A program made the translations under genes and the position numbers. A stretch of DNA of 64,000 nucleotides from Escherichia coli (GTDB lineage Bacteria; Pseudomonadota; Gammaproteobacteria; Enterobacterales; Enterobacteriaceae): the NCBI RefSeq assembly GCF_050320075.1, contig NZ_CP190018.1; one strand, written 5' to 3'. Positions within the stretch are counted from its first letter, which is position 1. The number at the start of each line of letters is the position of its first letter. This document shows, one piece after another, positions 41,277 through 51,728 of the stretch. The notes under the pieces were generated by a model. That model made no database searches. It worked only from the letters and a program-made list of their open reading frames with translations, and was not told the DNA's origin.

Positions 41277-41683
41277 TCGTACCTCCTGTCGGTAAATCTG
41301 ACACCCTTACCAATAGCCCATGCTGTCGTGTACTCAATCAGACTTGCCATACGCTTCACGCTCATCTGTGCGCTGCTCTCACGAATGTTGACGTATTCGC
41401 CTTCAAGCCCGGGCAAAACATCAGCTTCCTGCTTTGTCGCCACTGCATGACCGCTTATCAACAAAACCTTCCATTGTTCTGGTTTTAACCATTTATCGCA
41501 CCATTGAACCTGACGTGCGATATCCGCCAGCATCGCGTGAAATTTTGCGTTCTGGTCAAGGTTGCGCTTGTAGTCAGTAATGCGGATGGTGACTGGCTTG
41601 TCTTTATCGAGTGGTGTTGCGAGGATGGCATTTATTGCAGCTTGCTGTTGTTGCTTAGTTCGGAGGAAGATTGTTTGCTTCAC
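41273..41683 (-). CDS. ninB: NinB recombination protein
   Basis: 136 aa '[21 protein letters not shown]...' NinB/Orf family. Confidence 0.75.
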   Translation of the reverse strand: MKQTIFLRTKQQQQAAINAILATPLDKDKPVTIRITDYKRNLDQNAKFHAMLADIARQVQWCDKWLKPEQWKVLLISGHAVATKQEADVLPGLEGEYVNIRESSAQMSVKRMASLIEYTTAWAIGKGVRFTDRRYE

Positions 41684-41694
41684 TGAATACTCCT

Positions 41695-41886
41695 TTATTT
41701 TTTATGCCTGTAACCCCATTCTTCCAGCAACCTTGCGGCGTACCACCCAAGAAACAAAGGAAAGAACATTACAATGAGATATTCCCCGCCACGGTCAATG
41801 TTCGAAATTGACCAGATTACGATGTAACCAGTGCAGGACAGGAATATTACAAACCCCAAAAAGCTACTTCGTCGACTCATGCTCAC
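41695..41886 (-). CDS. Small membrane protein (63 aa), hypothetical
   Basis: Hydrophobic ORF between replication and nin genes. Confidence 0.4.
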   Translation of the reverse strand: MSMSRRSSFLGFVIFLSCTGYIVIWSISNIDRGGEYLIVMFFPLFLGWYAARLLEEWGYRHKK

Positions 41887-42158
41887 TCCTTCACTTTTAT
41901 TCCAGCAGCGCGGATGTTTTCCTCATAAGCATCCATTGCATCACCGAAGCCATTGGAATAATCAACAGTAAACCCTTTGGCTAATGCTTCTCTGCTGTCG
42001 ATAAACTTTGGCGCGGTTATTTCAATAGCTGCGCGAGATGCCTGCCATGCCCTCCATGCCATTTCCGTGGATGAATAAACATACCCGCAATCACCATATG
42101 CAAGGCTTAAATTTTGCTTTTTCGCGAACTCCAAAAACTGCTTTCTTGATTCGTCCAT
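41883..42158 (-). CDS. Hypothetical protein (91 aa)
   Basis: ORF overlapping neighbours by 4 nt. Confidence 0.45.
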   Translation of the reverse strand: MDESRKQFLEFAKKQNLSLAYGDCGYVYSSTEMAWRAWQASRAAIEITAPKFIDSREALAKGFTVDYSNGFGDAMDAYEENIRAAGIKVKE

Positions 42159-42175
42159 CGATACTTACCCTCAGT

Positions 42176-42382
42176 TCAACTAACAAAACGCCACGCCATT
42201 TTTGCTACGACAACAGGCATAACACCGATAATCACCCAGACAAATGCAGCGCCAAACAACGTATACCATGGGTCTTTACCGTCATTCACAAGACGAATGT
42301 AGCTATGCAGAACAATAAAAAACGTCAGAAGAATCCATCCAACGCCAACGCATTTGCATGCGACGAGCATAAACTCAGCCAC
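42176..42382 (-). CDS. Small membrane protein (68 aa), hypothetical
   Basis: Two predicted TM helices. Confidence 0.4.
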   Translation of the reverse strand: MAEFMLVACKCVGVGWILLTFFIVLHSYIRLVNDGKDPWYTLFGAAFVWVIIGVMPVVVAKMAWRFVS

Positions 42383-42399
42383 GATTTACTCTCCCCCAA

Positions 42400-42429
42400 A
42401 TAAAAAGGCCTGCGATTACCAGCAGGCCT
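42400..42429 (-). terminator. Rho-independent terminator after primase/helicase gene
   Basis: Stem aggcctgc/gcaggcct with T-run on minus strand. Confidence 0.55.
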
Positions 42430-42458
42430 GTTATTAGCTCAGTGATGTAGATGGTCAT

Positions 42459-44339
42459 TTAATACTCCGTCACGTTTTCCTGTCGCCACGCCTCGTCATA
42501 TTCCGATTTCGGCATATTGGCGATGTAGCTATATGGCGATCCTGATTCAAGTTGCAGGAACTGGTGCGATTGCTCGTCAAGGAACAACGGGACACCACCT
42601 TCCCAACCTTCGCCGTTACGTTGCTTTTCAAGCATCAAAACAGATGCCGGAGATGCCAGTAGCTGTTCGTCCTTCTCTGACATCCTTTCACCACTCTGAA
42701 CTCTCTGTAACGCTCTCTCGCGAGCCTTGTTACGCCAGATGATGAAAAGGTTGTCTGTCAGGTCTGTTATCGCTCCAGAGCCTTTTACGTCCATTTTCCC
42801 GGTTGGTTTTTCTTCGCTGTCACCTTTTCGCGAGTGAGTAACGAGAATGACGTGGGAGTTTGTTTTGTTTTTGAAATCGCAAATCGAGTCAACAAACGCC
42901 TTCTGCCCGTTATAGTCATCGTCGCCTATGCCACATTTCATCAGGCTGTCGATGATGAATAACTGGATGCCGTATCGGCGGCGAGCGTAGTCGAATATTT
43001 CGATCAGCCTGTCGGCTTTCGCCGTTCCGGTCAGACCAAACACCCAAAGTCTTTCGTCATAAAATTTAAATGCAGAGTCAATTTCCAGCACTGGCGGCAT
43101 CTTGCAGCACGTCGCCTGACGGGTAAGTCGTTTAAGGAGAATGCCTGGCTTCAGCTCAAGTGACGCGATGCACGTCTTCACACCCTGACGCATTGCCTCA
43201 AGTGCCATATGCCCGACAACCTCCGTTTTTCCGTGACCGTTCACACCATTGACCAGCGTCAACTCGGCCTCACGGAACTGGAATTTATCTGCCAGAGATT
43301 CCCACGGTGGATTAAACAGATACTGCTGCTTGCCGTAGAAAGCGTTGATAGTGTCCTGGTAAAACTCTCGCGCGCTGTAGAGTTCTTCAGGATCGAAGTA
43401 GGATGCCGTGCCGATGTACTGCCAGATTTCATCCTCGGTAACACCGTTCATCAGGCATTCGTTGATGTCTTTGTACGGCAGAGTAACAAGACGGCAACGA
43501 TGTTCACCGAGTCGGCTTGCGATTTCCCTTGCGGCTTCACGACCAACATCATCAACGTCCATCGAGATGAATATTTCCTCAAACCTGTCGAGGTTGTGAT
43601 ACTCAAACTCAATCCACTGTTGCTTAGCGCCTTTCCCGCCACCAAACGGCACGGATAACGCCGAGATGCCGTATTGCGCATAGCTCATACAATCAATTTC
43701 GCCTTCGCAAAGTACAACCGCCCTCACGCCAGCGTCCAGAGCCTGCCATCCGAACAGACAAGGTTCGCAATCACCCTCTGCCATAATGACTTTCTTCCCG
43801 TCCGGGCGCTCAGTGCTGATTCGCTTGACCTGCAACAACTCACCATCGCGTTTGTACGGAAGCACCAGTGCATCAAGTTCTCGTTCTCCATTCCACACCT
43901 TGCCGCTGACAACCTCGTAGCGCTTTACGACTTCTGGCGATATGCCACGCGATTGCAGGTACTCAAGATGGGATTCTGTTCTGGTAACGTAGCGGGCGAT
44001 TTTCTTGCGGTCAGGTCTGGAGAATTTCTTCTCACGTTTGGCATCGAAATGGTGATCGTCATCCTTGATTCCGAGAAAGGCTTTCGCTTCCTGCATAGCC
44101 TGATGCAGGTTAATTCCACGACATGCCATCCACAAATCAAGCATGTCACCGCCGTCTCCCTCAGCGAAATCAGCCCATTTTTTCTTGCCGCTAAGGTTGA
44201 CCTTAAGGCTGTTTCCCTTGTCACCGTTGACGTTACCGGCAACCCACTCATGCCCCTCTTTCTTGCCGTTTGGCAACAGGTGCGGAGCCACCCTGTCAAC
44301 CTGCGCCCAAAGCAGGTCGCTAAGTTCACTTGGCGTCAT
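42459..44339 (-). CDS. Replicative primase/helicase (Toprim-like N-region + DnaB/RepA-type ATPase)
   Basis: 626 aa; Walker A 'GVNGHGKT'; occupies the lambda P position after O-like gene. Confidence 0.7.
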   Translation of the reverse strand: MTPSELSDLLWAQVDRVAPHLLPNGKKEGHEWVAGNVNGDKGNSLKVNLSGKKKWADFAEGDGGDMLDLWMACRGINLHQAMQEAKAFLGIKDDDHHFDAKREKKFSRPDRKKIARYVTRTESHLEYLQSRGISPEVVKRYEVVSGKVWNGERELDALVLPYKRDGELLQVKRISTERPDGKKVIMAEGDCEPCLFGWQALDAGVRAVVLCEGEIDCMSYAQYGISALSVPFGGGKGAKQQWIEFEYHNLDRFEEIFISMDVDDVGREAAREIASRLGEHRCRLVTLPYKDINECLMNGVTEDEIWQYIGTASYFDPEELYSAREFYQDTINAFYGKQQYLFNPPWESLADKFQFREAELTLVNGVNGHGKTEVVGHMALEAMRQGVKTCIASLELKPGILLKRLTRQATCCKMPPVLEIDSAFKFYDERLWVFGLTGTAKADRLIEIFDYARRRYGIQLFIIDSLMKCGIGDDDYNGQKAFVDSICDFKNKTNSHVILVTHSRKGDSEEKPTGKMDVKGSGAITDLTDNLFIIWRNKARERALQRVQSGERMSEKDEQLLASPASVLMLEKQRNGEGWEGGVPLFLDEQSHQFLQLESGSPYSYIANMPKSEYDEAWRQENVTEY

Positions 44340-44446
44340 GATTCCCTCAGATTGAGATTTTTAAACCAGAAATCGACAAACGAAATACTTAACCAGCCGT
44401 GGTTATAACCAGCGACCAGTAGCGATTTGATTTTTGATTTCATGGT

Positions 44447-45307
44447 TCACCTGTCGAAAAACACGTAGCCAGTTTTCGATACGGTGATTGCGGATGGTGG
44501 TTTGGATTGTGGTTGAATGGTTTCTGGCTTTTCGTCGTTCCAGCGCTGACCGTTCAGGTAGCTCGATGGTAACAACCTGTCGAATCCGAACTGCTTACCA
44601 TTCCTGCATGCGATGTCTTCTGCCAGCATCGTGGCAAACTCGCTTGCCGTACCCCTTGTAGTTTTACGCCATTCCCTGAACTGTGTTCTGAATGCCGAAG
44701 CCGCGTTTTTCTTCCCGGCTTTCCGCATGCCTGCACACCAGAATATTTCCTCGAATGCCTTGTCGGTTTCTTCGTGACGGTCAGGTGATTTTTCACACTC
44801 CGTCCGAACACTTTCGGACATAGTGTTTTTATTATTTCTTTTTTCTTTTGTAATAGTTTCTTTTGTGTGTCCCTGTTTTGGTGACAGCGCTGTCACCGTT
44901 TTGGTGACACTTTTTGTCACCAATGCAGTGACATTATCACCAGAGTAGTGACACCCTTCGATTTGCCATTCCTCGATGTTCTTGTTAGGCCCGATTTGCT
45001 GGCCTTCGCGAAGGATTACCTTCATCGCGATAAGCTCATTCTTGGCCTTGTTTACCTTCTGTCTTGGCAGCCTGGTAATTTGAGCTAACTGACTATCAGA
45101 GATGCGATCCATCTTTTTACCGTAGCCGTATGTTTTACGGCATATGGCGTGGGCAACCTTGCTCTGATTTTTCGTTAAATCTGCGCCGATAAGCTCTTCA
45201 TACAGGGCATTTGCAAGACGGGTATAACCATCTTCAACTTCTGCCACACGACGCTCCACAGGCCGTTGTGAAGACCTTAAATGTGTTACGGTTGCAAGAT
45301 TACTCAT
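44447..45307 (-). CDS. Replication initiator (lambda O-like N-terminal domain)
   Basis: '[21 protein letters not shown]...[18 protein letters not shown]...GPNKNI' parallels lambda O N-domain; iterons inside gene. Confidence 0.65.
   Translation of the reverse strand: MSNLATVTHLRSSQRPVERRVAEVEDGYTRLANALYEELIGADLTKNQSKVAHAICRKTYGYGKKMDRISDSQLAQITRLPRQKVNKAKNELIAMKVILREGQQIGPNKNIEEWQIEGCHYSGDNVTALVTKSVTKTVTALSPKQGHTKETITKEKRNNKNTMSESVRTECEKSPDRHEETDKAFEEIFWCAGMRKAGKKNAASAFRTQFREWRKTTRGTASEFATMLAEDIACRNGKQFGFDRLLPSSYLNGQRWNDEKPETIQPQSKPPSAITVSKTGYVFFDR
44876..44956. repeat. Origin iterons (GGTGACA/TGTCACC repeats) inside O-like gene with adjacent AT-rich tract
   Basis: 'ggtgacagcgctgtcaccgttttggtgacactttttgtcaccaatgcagtgacattatcacc' preceded by T-rich 44830-44870. 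Confidence 0.6.
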
Positions 45308-45480
45308 GACCTTTCTCCTTCTGCATCAGCTTCACTTTTTCCAACTCAGCCCGGAATCGACCAGGCTGCTTGAAGCTGGACAGGAAGCGATCACGTAGTA
45401 TGTGTTTGTGAATTTTGTCCTGGTAAGGACTGAGTTGTTTTGTCATAATTACTTCTGTGGATTGATCCAGTCTTTCTACA

Positions 45481-45762
45481 TCAGGCCTCGAAGAATTCGC
45501 CGTTCTTCGGGGCTTTTTCTTTTGTCAGGTAATCGGCAAGCCGCTTAGTCAATTCAGCCATTTCATCGTCTTCGATTCCGTATTCCAGAACAGCAAGCAT
45601 CATGCTTACCTGCGAGAAGAAACCATTCTTCCATCGGCTTACCTGATATTCAGGAACCCCCATTGCTCGAGCGAATGTCTTCTGCCCCATCAGTGCCAGT
45701 TTGTTCAGCAAGGCTGACTCGATGCGAGCCGCTTTCTTGCTTTTAGTTGCAATAGTACCCAT
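45481..45762 (-). CDS. cII: CII-like transcriptional activator
   Basis: '[14 protein letters not shown]...VSRWK...MLAVLEYGI' parallels lambda CII. Confidence 0.7.
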   Translation of the reverse strand: MGTIATKSKKAARIESALLNKLALMGQKTFARAMGVPEYQVSRWKNGFFSQVSMMLAVLEYGIEDDEMAELTKRLADYLTKEKAPKNGEFFEA

Positions 45763-45838
45763 AGATAATTTCCTTAATGATTAGATAGAGTTGGCTTCGC
45801 AAAGAAACGCAAAACCATAGAGATTTGTTTCTGGTAAT

Positions 45839-45853
45839 GCCCTTTTTCAGGGC
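45839..45853 (-). promoter_or_regulatory. nutR boxB hairpin
   Basis: Minus-strand 'gccctgaaaaagggc' identical to lambda nutR boxB, between cro and cII. Confidence 0.75.
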
Positions 45854-45878
45854 TGTGATGTGTAAGAGCTAGAATGTC

Positions 45879-46094
45879 TTAAGCGGCTTTGCGTTCCGGC
45901 GGGAACACGTCATCAAGACTGACTTTTGCGCCTAACTTGTTTAGGCACTCAACAAGAGCACGGCATGTTTTAAGGTCTGGGAAGCGACGACCAGATTCCC
46001 AATGTCCGATAGCTCCCTGTGTGCATCCAACTGCCTTAGCAAGTGTTGTTTGAGAGATATTCAGTGACTCTCGATATTTTCGTAGGTTGCTCAT
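45879..46094 (-). CDS. cro: Cro-like HTH repressor
   Basis: 71 aa from internal ATG with SD 'ggaggg'; XRE-type HTH 'ISQTTLAKAVGCTQGAIGHWESG'; divergent from cI. Confidence 0.65.
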   Translation of the reverse strand: MSNLRKYRESLNISQTTLAKAVGCTQGAIGHWESGRRFPDLKTCRALVECLNKLGAKVSLDDVFPPERKAA

Positions 46095-46205
46095 ATGCCC
46101 TCCATAGTAACCATGAAACAATAATACGATATGTACTTTTAGAATGCAAACAAAAAATACATCTTGTGCGTGGATGATTTTAGTACAGAGCGTAATAATA
46201 AGGGT
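46095..46205. promoter_or_regulatory. Divergent immunity control region (oR/pR/pRM equivalent)
   Basis: 110-bp AT-rich spacer between divergent cro and cI starts. Confidence 0.5.
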
Positions 46206-46865
46206 ATGAAAATGAAATGGTATGAACTGGCTAGATCCAGAATGAAAGAGCTCGGCATAACTCAAGAGAAGTTAGCTGAAGAGCTTGGTATGACGCAGGG
46301 TGGAATTGGTCACTGGTTGCGCGGATCTCGTCATCCATCTCTTGACGAGATTGGTGTGGTGTTTAAATACCTTGGTATTGATAACGTCTCATTCAACCAC
46401 GACGGTACATTTTCACCTGTTGGCGAATACTCATCTGCCCCCGTTAAAAAACAATATGAGTACCCTGTTTTTTCTCATGTTCAGGCCGGGATGTTCTCGC
46501 CTGAGCTTAGAACCTTTACCAAAGGTGATGCGGAGAGATGGGTCAGCACAACCAAAAAAGCCAGTGATTGTGCGTTCTGGCTTGAAGTTGAAGGTAATTC
46601 CATGACCGCGCCAACAGGATCCAAGCCAAGCTTTCCTGACGGGATGTTAATTCTCGTTGACCCTGAGCAGGCTGTTGAGCCAGGTGATTTCTGCATAGCC
46701 AGACTTGGTGGTGACGAGTTTACCTTCAAGAAGCTGATCAGGGATAGCGGGCAGGTGTTCCTACAGCCACTAAACCCGCAATATCCAATGATTCCATGCA
46801 ATGATAGCTGTTCCGTAGTAGGGAAAGTTATCGCCAGCCAGTGGCCTGAAGAGACATTTAGTTAA
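46206..46865 (+). CDS. cI: CI-type prophage repressor (HTH + S24 LexA-like autopeptidase)
   Basis: XRE HTH '[23 protein letters not shown]'; C-terminal 'GNSM...FKKL' Ser/Lys dyad context. Confidence 0.8.
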   Translation: MKMKWYELARSRMKELGITQEKLAEELGMTQGGIGHWLRGSRHPSLDEIGVVFKYLGIDNVSFNHDGTFSPVGEYSSAPVKKQYEYPVFSHVQAGMFSPELRTFTKGDAERWVSTTKKASDCAFWLEVEGNSMTAPTGSKPSFPDGMLILVDPEQAVEPGDFCIARLGGDEFTFKKLIRDSGQVFLQPLNPQYPMIPCNDSCSVVGKVIASQWPEETFS

Positions 46866-46990
46866 CAGCCTCACAACTCTAAAACACACATCAATAACCC
46901 GACCTTAGCGTCGGGTTTTCTTTTTCCAAAATATAAACCCATTAAATACAAAGCGTTATAAAAAACTAATTATATTTAGAACATTTTGTA

Positions 46991-47019
46991 TTGACTCGAT
47001 AAAGTACAAATCGTACTAT
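46991..47019 (+). promoter_or_regulatory. pL-like promoter with overlapping palindromic operator
   Basis: -35 'ttgact', 17-bp spacer with palindrome 'agtacaaatcgtact', -10 'tactat'. Confidence 0.55.
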
Positions 47020-47057
47020 TTAGCCATCAGCAGGACGCACTAACCACCATGAAGGTG

Positions 47058-47089
47058 ATGCTCTTAAAAATTTAGCCCTGAAGAAGGGC
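47058..47089 (+). promoter_or_regulatory. nutL (boxA + boxB)
   Basis: 'gctcttaaaaatttagccctgaagaagggc' matches lambda nutL; boxB 47075-47089. Confidence 0.8.
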
Positions 47090-47199
47090 AGCATTCAAAG
47101 CAGAAAGCTTTGAGTAGCGCGAAATGCAGCTGCAAGACAGCAACCGTGGAGATAAGCATCACGGCGCGTTACTCAAAGCTAACTGACAGGAGAATCCAG

Positions 47200-47526
47200 A
47201 TGAATGCACAAACACGCCGCCGCGAACGTCGCGCAGAGAAACAGGCTCAATGGAAAGCAGCAAATCCCCTGTTGGTTGGGGTAAGCGCAAAACCAGTTAA
47301 CCGCCCAATTCTCTCGCTGAATCGCAAACCGAAATCACGAGTAGAAAGCGCACTGAATCCGATAGACCTTACGGTGCTGGCTGAATACCACGAACAGATT
47401 GAAAGCAACCTGCAACGTATTGAGCGCAAGAATCAGCGCACATGGTACAGCAAGCCACGCAGTGAAATGGGTGTGACTTGTGTTGGTCGCCAGAAAATGA
47501 AATTAGGCAGCAAACCACTTATTTGA
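47200..47526 (+). CDS. N: Antitermination protein N (lambda-type)
   Basis: 'MNAQTRRRERRAEKQAQWKAANPLLVGVSAKPVNRP...' near-identical to lambda N. Confidence 0.9.
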   Translation: MNAQTRRRERRAEKQAQWKAANPLLVGVSAKPVNRPILSLNRKPKSRVESALNPIDLTVLAEYHEQIESNLQRIERKNQRTWYSKPRSEMGVTCVGRQKMKLGSKPLI

Positions 47527-47534
47527 GGTGAGAT

Positions 47535-47786
47535 ATGGAGTTTCATGAAAGTGCGATTTGTGATTTTCGCGCTAACGCAAATTCAGTAAAACCACAGCCA
47601 ATTGCAGTTCTTTTTAAAACAATGGGGGCGTGGGCTGTTTTATGCTTCGCCGCTGACGACACTGACGCAAGAATGGCAATAGGCCAAGAGATGGAGATGG
47701 ACCCGACAAACGATGAATTCATAATTTATGGCGCTCCATCTAATTACTTACTTGATACCTGCAACATTTACAACAAGGCTGCCTGA
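47535..47786 (+). CDS. Hypothetical early-left protein (83 aa)
   Basis: ORF immediately after N. Confidence 0.45.
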   Translation: MEFHESAICDFRANANSVKPQPIAVLFKTMGAWAVLCFAADDTDARMAIGQEMEMDPTNDEFIIYGAPSNYLLDTCNIYNKAA

Positions 47787-48012
47787 TGGTGGCCTTTATT
47801 TTTGGCATAAACAACAGAATAAACACTGCACTGTGTATTCATTCCAACGAGTGAATACACGGAGCAATGTCGCTCGTAACTAAACAGGAGCCGACTTGTT
47901 CTGATTATTGGAAATCTTCTTTGCCCTCCAGTGTGGGGGCTTTTTTATATGCATACCAATAACGCTTCACTCGAGGCGTTTTCGTTATGCAATCAAACAG
48001 AAGGAGCATCCT

Positions 48013-48183
48013 ATGCAACAGTTCGCTATTGCAGGGGCGGCATCGGTTCGCCCTTTCAACCCGATTTTATCGGTACAGCATTCACGAAAAAATATTTTAA
48101 CCGGAGCAGACTTTAAACAACCAAGAATGAAAAGTTTGCTCGAAAAGCTTTGGGATATTTTGAAACAACAAGGCCGTCCATGA
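48013..48183 (+). CDS. cIII: CIII-like protein
   Basis: 56 aa from ATG with SD 'aaggag'; 'MQQFAIAG...SLLEKLWDILKQ' parallels lambda CIII. Confidence 0.6.
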   Translation: MQQFAIAGAASVRPFNPILSVQHSRKNILTGADFKQPRMKSLLEKLWDILKQQGRP

Positions 48184-48338
48184 GTTTTACGGATAACTGG
48201 TCAGACGAAGAATTCATTCGTCAGATGAAAGAATTAATCGGTAACGAAGGAGATATTCATGTCACTTGCAACCACAGTGAAGGAGAGCAAGTTACAGAGA
48301 CGCATGTACACGCAGAAAGCTCTCTGGTATCGCCATAA
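48180..48338 (+). CDS. Small early protein (52 aa; kil position), hypothetical
   Basis: ATGA overlap with cIII stop. Confidence 0.4.
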   Translation: MSFTDNWSDEEFIRQMKELIGNEGDIHVTCNHSEGEQVTETHVHAESSLVSP

Positions 48339-48439
48339 TGGCGACCGCGAAGGAATGCGGGTATGCCTTAATTTGTCCCGAGTCGAAGTATTAAATCAGC
48401 GTTATTTCCTTGGGCCATGTCCATTCTGAGAACAATCAT

Positions 48440-49045
48440 ATGAGCAAAGAATTTTACGCAAGACTGGCAGCTATTCAGGAGAATCTGAACGCGCCAAAGA
48501 ATCAGTACAACTCATTCGGTAAATATAAATACAGAAGCTGCGAAGACATTCTTGAAGGCGTTAAGCCGTTACTGAATGGCCTGTTTTTATCAATCAGCGA
48601 TGAAGTTGTGTTGATTGGTGATCGGTATTATGTGAAAGCCACGGCAACTATTACCGATGGCGAAAACAGTCATACGGCAACCGCACTAGCACGAGAGGAA
48701 GAAAGCAAGAAAGGAATGGATTCTGCACAAGTTACGGGGGCTACAAGCTCTTATGCACGCAAGTATTGCCTCAATGGTTTGTTCGGCATTGATGATGCGA
48801 AAGATGCAGATACCGACGAGCATAAACATCAGCAGAACGCAGCAGCAAAGCAATCAAAACCATCACCTACACCTGAACAGGTTCTAAAAGCATTCACTGA
48901 CGCAGCAATGCAGAAAAACACCGTAGAAGAGCTTAAACAGGCGTTCGCCAAAGCGTGGAAGATGCTCGAAGGGACGCCGGAGCAGCACAAAGCGCAGGAC
49001 GTTTACAACATCAGACGAGGCGAATTAGAAGGGGCAACTGCTTAA
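48440..49045 (+). CDS. Erf-like single-strand annealing recombinase (tentative)
   Basis: 201 aa from internal ATG; position upstream of ssb in recombination module; family recall only. Confidence 0.45.
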   Translation: MSKEFYARLAAIQENLNAPKNQYNSFGKYKYRSCEDILEGVKPLLNGLFLSISDEVVLIGDRYYVKATATITDGENSHTATALAREEESKKGMDSAQVTGATSSYARKYCLNGLFGIDDAKDADTDEHKHQQNAAAKQSKPSPTPEQVLKAFTDAAMQKNTVEELKQAFAKAWKMLEGTPEQHKAQDVYNIRRGELEGATA

Positions 49046-49428
49046 TGGCACATTCGATTACAGTAAGACTAAACAAGCCCGCAAGAGAGTTTCAGGCCGG
49101 GGAAAATATCGGATTCAACATCCGTGCTGGCGTTCAGTATTACGATCGCCAGACAAAAAAGAAAGAATGGACAAACTACAGCGCCGTTGTATTTGCCAAG
49201 CCGGGGGCGCAAGCGGATTACTACCGTAGTGTTCTTGTTGAAGGTGGCATTGTTGAAGTTACCGGAGAAAACATCAGGGTTGATGTTTATCAGGGGCAAA
49301 ATGGTCAATCAATCACTCTTGAATTACTGAATGCAAAGATTGGATTTGCAGCTTCAGGAAACAGCCAACAGCAGCAAAGTAGCAATCATCAAAATAATCC
49401 TGAATACGACGATTCAATTCCCTTCTAA
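49045..49428 (+). CDS. ssb: Phage single-stranded DNA-binding protein
   Basis: 127 aa; C-terminal acidic tip 'DDSIPF' characteristic of SSB. Confidence 0.6.
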   Translation: MAHSITVRLNKPAREFQAGENIGFNIRAGVQYYDRQTKKKEWTNYSAVVFAKPGAQADYYRSVLVEGGIVEVTGENIRVDVYQGQNGQSITLELLNAKIGFAASGNSQQQQSSNHQNNPEYDDSIPF

Positions 49429-49451
49429 ATTAGCAAAATAAGGATTCCATT

Positions 49452-49748
49452 ATGCCAGCGCCTCTGTATGGTGCGGATGACCCGCGCCGCTGTTCCGGCA
49501 ATTCCGTATCGGAGGTGCTGGATAAATTCAGAAAAAACTACGATCGGATAATGTCGCTACCGCAGGAAACGAAAAAGGAAAAGGAATTTCGCCACTGTAT
49601 ATGGCTTGCAGAGAAAGAAGAACGCGAGCTAATTTACCAGACATCAATCCGACCATTCCGCAAAGCCACATATACCCACTTCCCTGAATATATCGACCCG
49701 CGCCTGCGTAATTACCGCTCACGCTATGGCGCTATCAGTAATGACTGA
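49452..49748 (+). CDS. Hypothetical early protein (98 aa)
   Basis: ORF in early-left operon. Confidence 0.45.
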   Translation: MPAPLYGADDPRRCSGNSVSEVLDKFRKNYDRIMSLPQETKKEKEFRHCIWLAEKEERELIYQTSIRPFRKATYTHFPEYIDPRLRNYRSRYGAISND

Positions 49749-50049
49749 GGAATTAACAATGAAAACAATGAAGATAAACATCGACCTCGGAAAATACGTT
49801 ATTACCGGAACCAAACACGATCTGATTCTTAGTGAAAGAGGAATTATCAAAGAAGGCGAGAATGCAGGGAAAGAAACACTAAGCCGTATCGGTTATTACA
49901 GCAAGTTTGAGCATCTGGTTAAAGAATTATGCAACCGTGAAATCCTGTTATCTCAGGCGCAGACGCTACAGGATATTCAGCAACATATCGAGAATTTAGG
50001 TGTGTCACTTAGCATGGCTATTGACCAGTTCGTGGAGAGTAAATCATGA
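49726..50049 (+). CDS. Hypothetical early protein (107 aa)
   Basis: ORF in early-left operon. Confidence 0.45.
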   Translation: MALSVMTEELTMKTMKINIDLGKYVITGTKHDLILSERGIIKEGENAGKETLSRIGYYSKFEHLVKELCNREILLSQAQTLQDIQQHIENLGVSLSMAIDQFVESKS

Positions 50050-50210
50050 GAGGACTTGCATACAATCCCGGCATTCTTCCGGCAGAAATGATTATTCGCC
50101 AACGCGTAAAGCCAATGCCATCGAGAGAGGAATTGCTCAAGAGAAATTCTTTTCCGTCAGTAAATCAAAACAAATATCTGAATGCGATGTGGCGGAGTGG
50201 GAAGAAATGA
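50046..50210 (+). CDS. Hypothetical small protein (54 aa), translationally coupled
   Basis: ATGA overlaps at both ends (50046 and 50207); not in ORF track. Confidence 0.35.
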   Translation: MRGLAYNPGILPAEMIIRQRVKPMPSREELLKRNSFPSVNQNKYLNAMWRSGKK

Positions 50211-50647
50211 AACAAATGTCACTAATTGAGATGGATGGTTTTCTGAAAGGTAAATGCATCCCAAGTGATTTAAAGGTTAACGAAACAAACGCTGAATATC
50301 TTGTCCGTAAGTTCGGTGAACTTGAATCAAAACTCAACGAGCAGCGTGAGTATTACGAAGGTGTTATCTCGGATGGGAGTAAGCGTATTGCAGAACTGGA
50401 AAGCAACGAAGTCCATGAAGACGGAAATCAGTTTCTTGTTGTTCGCCACCCCGGGAAATCTCCGGTAATCAAGCACTGCACTGGTGACCTGGAAGAGTTT
50501 CTGCGGAAGTTAATCGAACAAGACCCGTTAGTAACTATCGACATCATTACGCATCGCTATTACGGGATTGGCGGTCAATGGGTTCAGGATGCAGTTGAGT
50601 ATCTGCATATGATGTCTGAAGCTGGCATTCGCATCAAAGGAGAGTGA
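50207..50647 (+). CDS. Hypothetical early protein (146 aa)
   Basis: Internal ATG of the 215-aa track ORF, coupled to upstream small ORF. Confidence 0.45.
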   Translation: MKQMSLIEMDGFLKGKCIPSDLKVNETNAEYLVRKFGELESKLNEQREYYEGVISDGSKRIAELESNEVHEDGNQFLVVRHPGKSPVIKHCTGDLEEFLRKLIEQDPLVTIDIITHRYYGIGGQWVQDAVEYLHMMSEAGIRIKGE

Positions 50648-50648
50648 T

Positions 50649-51728
50649 ATGAGCACTATCACTAAAGAACGTATCGAATTGTTCATTAAATCCCCGCTTG
50701 AAAACGGGCTTACCCGTGGCGAACAAATGGAACTGGCACGAATTGCACTGGCATCACTGGAACGCGAACAGATTCGCCACGAGCATGCCAAATGGTCTGA
50801 CTCCACATTTGGCTGCGTTGGCCCCATTGGTCCACTGAAACACCTCTCAAAAGAGGCACTGGAAGCCGCAGCCGAACCAGACGATCTTAGCGAGTGGGCT
50901 GATATGCAGTTTCTGTTGTGGGATGCACAGCGCCGTGCTGGCATCAGCGATGCTGAAATTACCGCTGCTATGGAAGATAAATTGAAGATCAACATGGAGC
51001 GCCAGTGGCCTGAACCAAAAGATGGTGAGCCTCGCTTGCACATTAAAGAACCCGGCAACTCTCCGGTAATTCCGGATGGTTTATCCACGGTATGCGCTGA
51101 GGCTTATCAGGTTGTAGGAGTTATGGCAGATGCGCTTGGTGTATTCGGTGATGCAGCAGTACAGAAAGTTCTGGATAACCTGTCACAGCAAAAACTTGTT
51201 CACAGAGATGTGCTGCCGTTCTCGCTTCCGGTGACTCCGGATGGTTGGATAAGCTGTAGTGAGCGAATGCCTGTAATTGGCGAGCTAAATTGGAGAACTA
51301 GTTTTCCTTTACTGGTTACGTGTGAGATCGGCGTTATACCTGCTTATTACGGCTTTGTGAGCGTTAATGGTGATAGGCATTATGGCTTTATGGAGAGTCT
51401 TAAATACGGAGACGATAACGGCAACCATCCTCAAACTAATGAATATGGTCTGATTAGCAATGTCACACACTGGATGCCACTACCAGAACGCCGCAGGAGT
51501 CGAACAGTGAATAATGCAGAGTTATTTCAGAAAATTTCGGCTCTCGCGACTGAATGCCACGCTATAGCATCTGAGCTTGATGTTGGCGATGAACGAACCG
51601 AGATGTTCGAAATATACAGTGTGCTGCGCAATCTCTGTCGGCGTGGCTACGCCACTCAAGTAGGGCGAATGACTAACCCACTACTCTCATTCTGTGATGA
51701 GGATGACTCGGATGAGGATGACGAATGA
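50649..51728 (+). CDS. Hypothetical early protein (359 aa), acidic C-terminal tail
   Basis: Large ea-region-type ORF; possible DUF550/DUF551-like prophage domains (unverified recall). Confidence 0.5.
   Translation: MSTITKERIELFIKSPLENGLTRGEQMELARIALASLEREQIRHEHAKWSDSTFGCVGPIGPLKHLSKEALEAAAEPDDLSEWADMQFLLWDAQRRAGISDAEITAAMEDKLKINMERQWPEPKDGEPRLHIKEPGNSPVIPDGLSTVCAEAYQVVGVMADALGVFGDAAVQKVLDNLSQQKLVHRDVLPFSLPVTPDGWISCSERMPVIGELNWRTSFPLLVTCEIGVIPAYYGFVSVNGDRHYGFMESLKYGDDNGNHPQTNEYGLISNVTHWMPLPERRRSRTVNNAELFQKISALATECHAIASELDVGDERTEMFEIYSVLRNLCRRGYATQVGRMTNPLLSFCDEDDSDEDDE

Noticed and set aside
42375-42458. 27-aa hydrophobic minus-strand ORF between primase/helicase and the 68-aa membrane gene
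   Set aside because: Its sequence is dominated by the aggcctgc/gcaggcct hairpin plus T-run, so it is better explained as the rho-independent terminator at 42400-42429.
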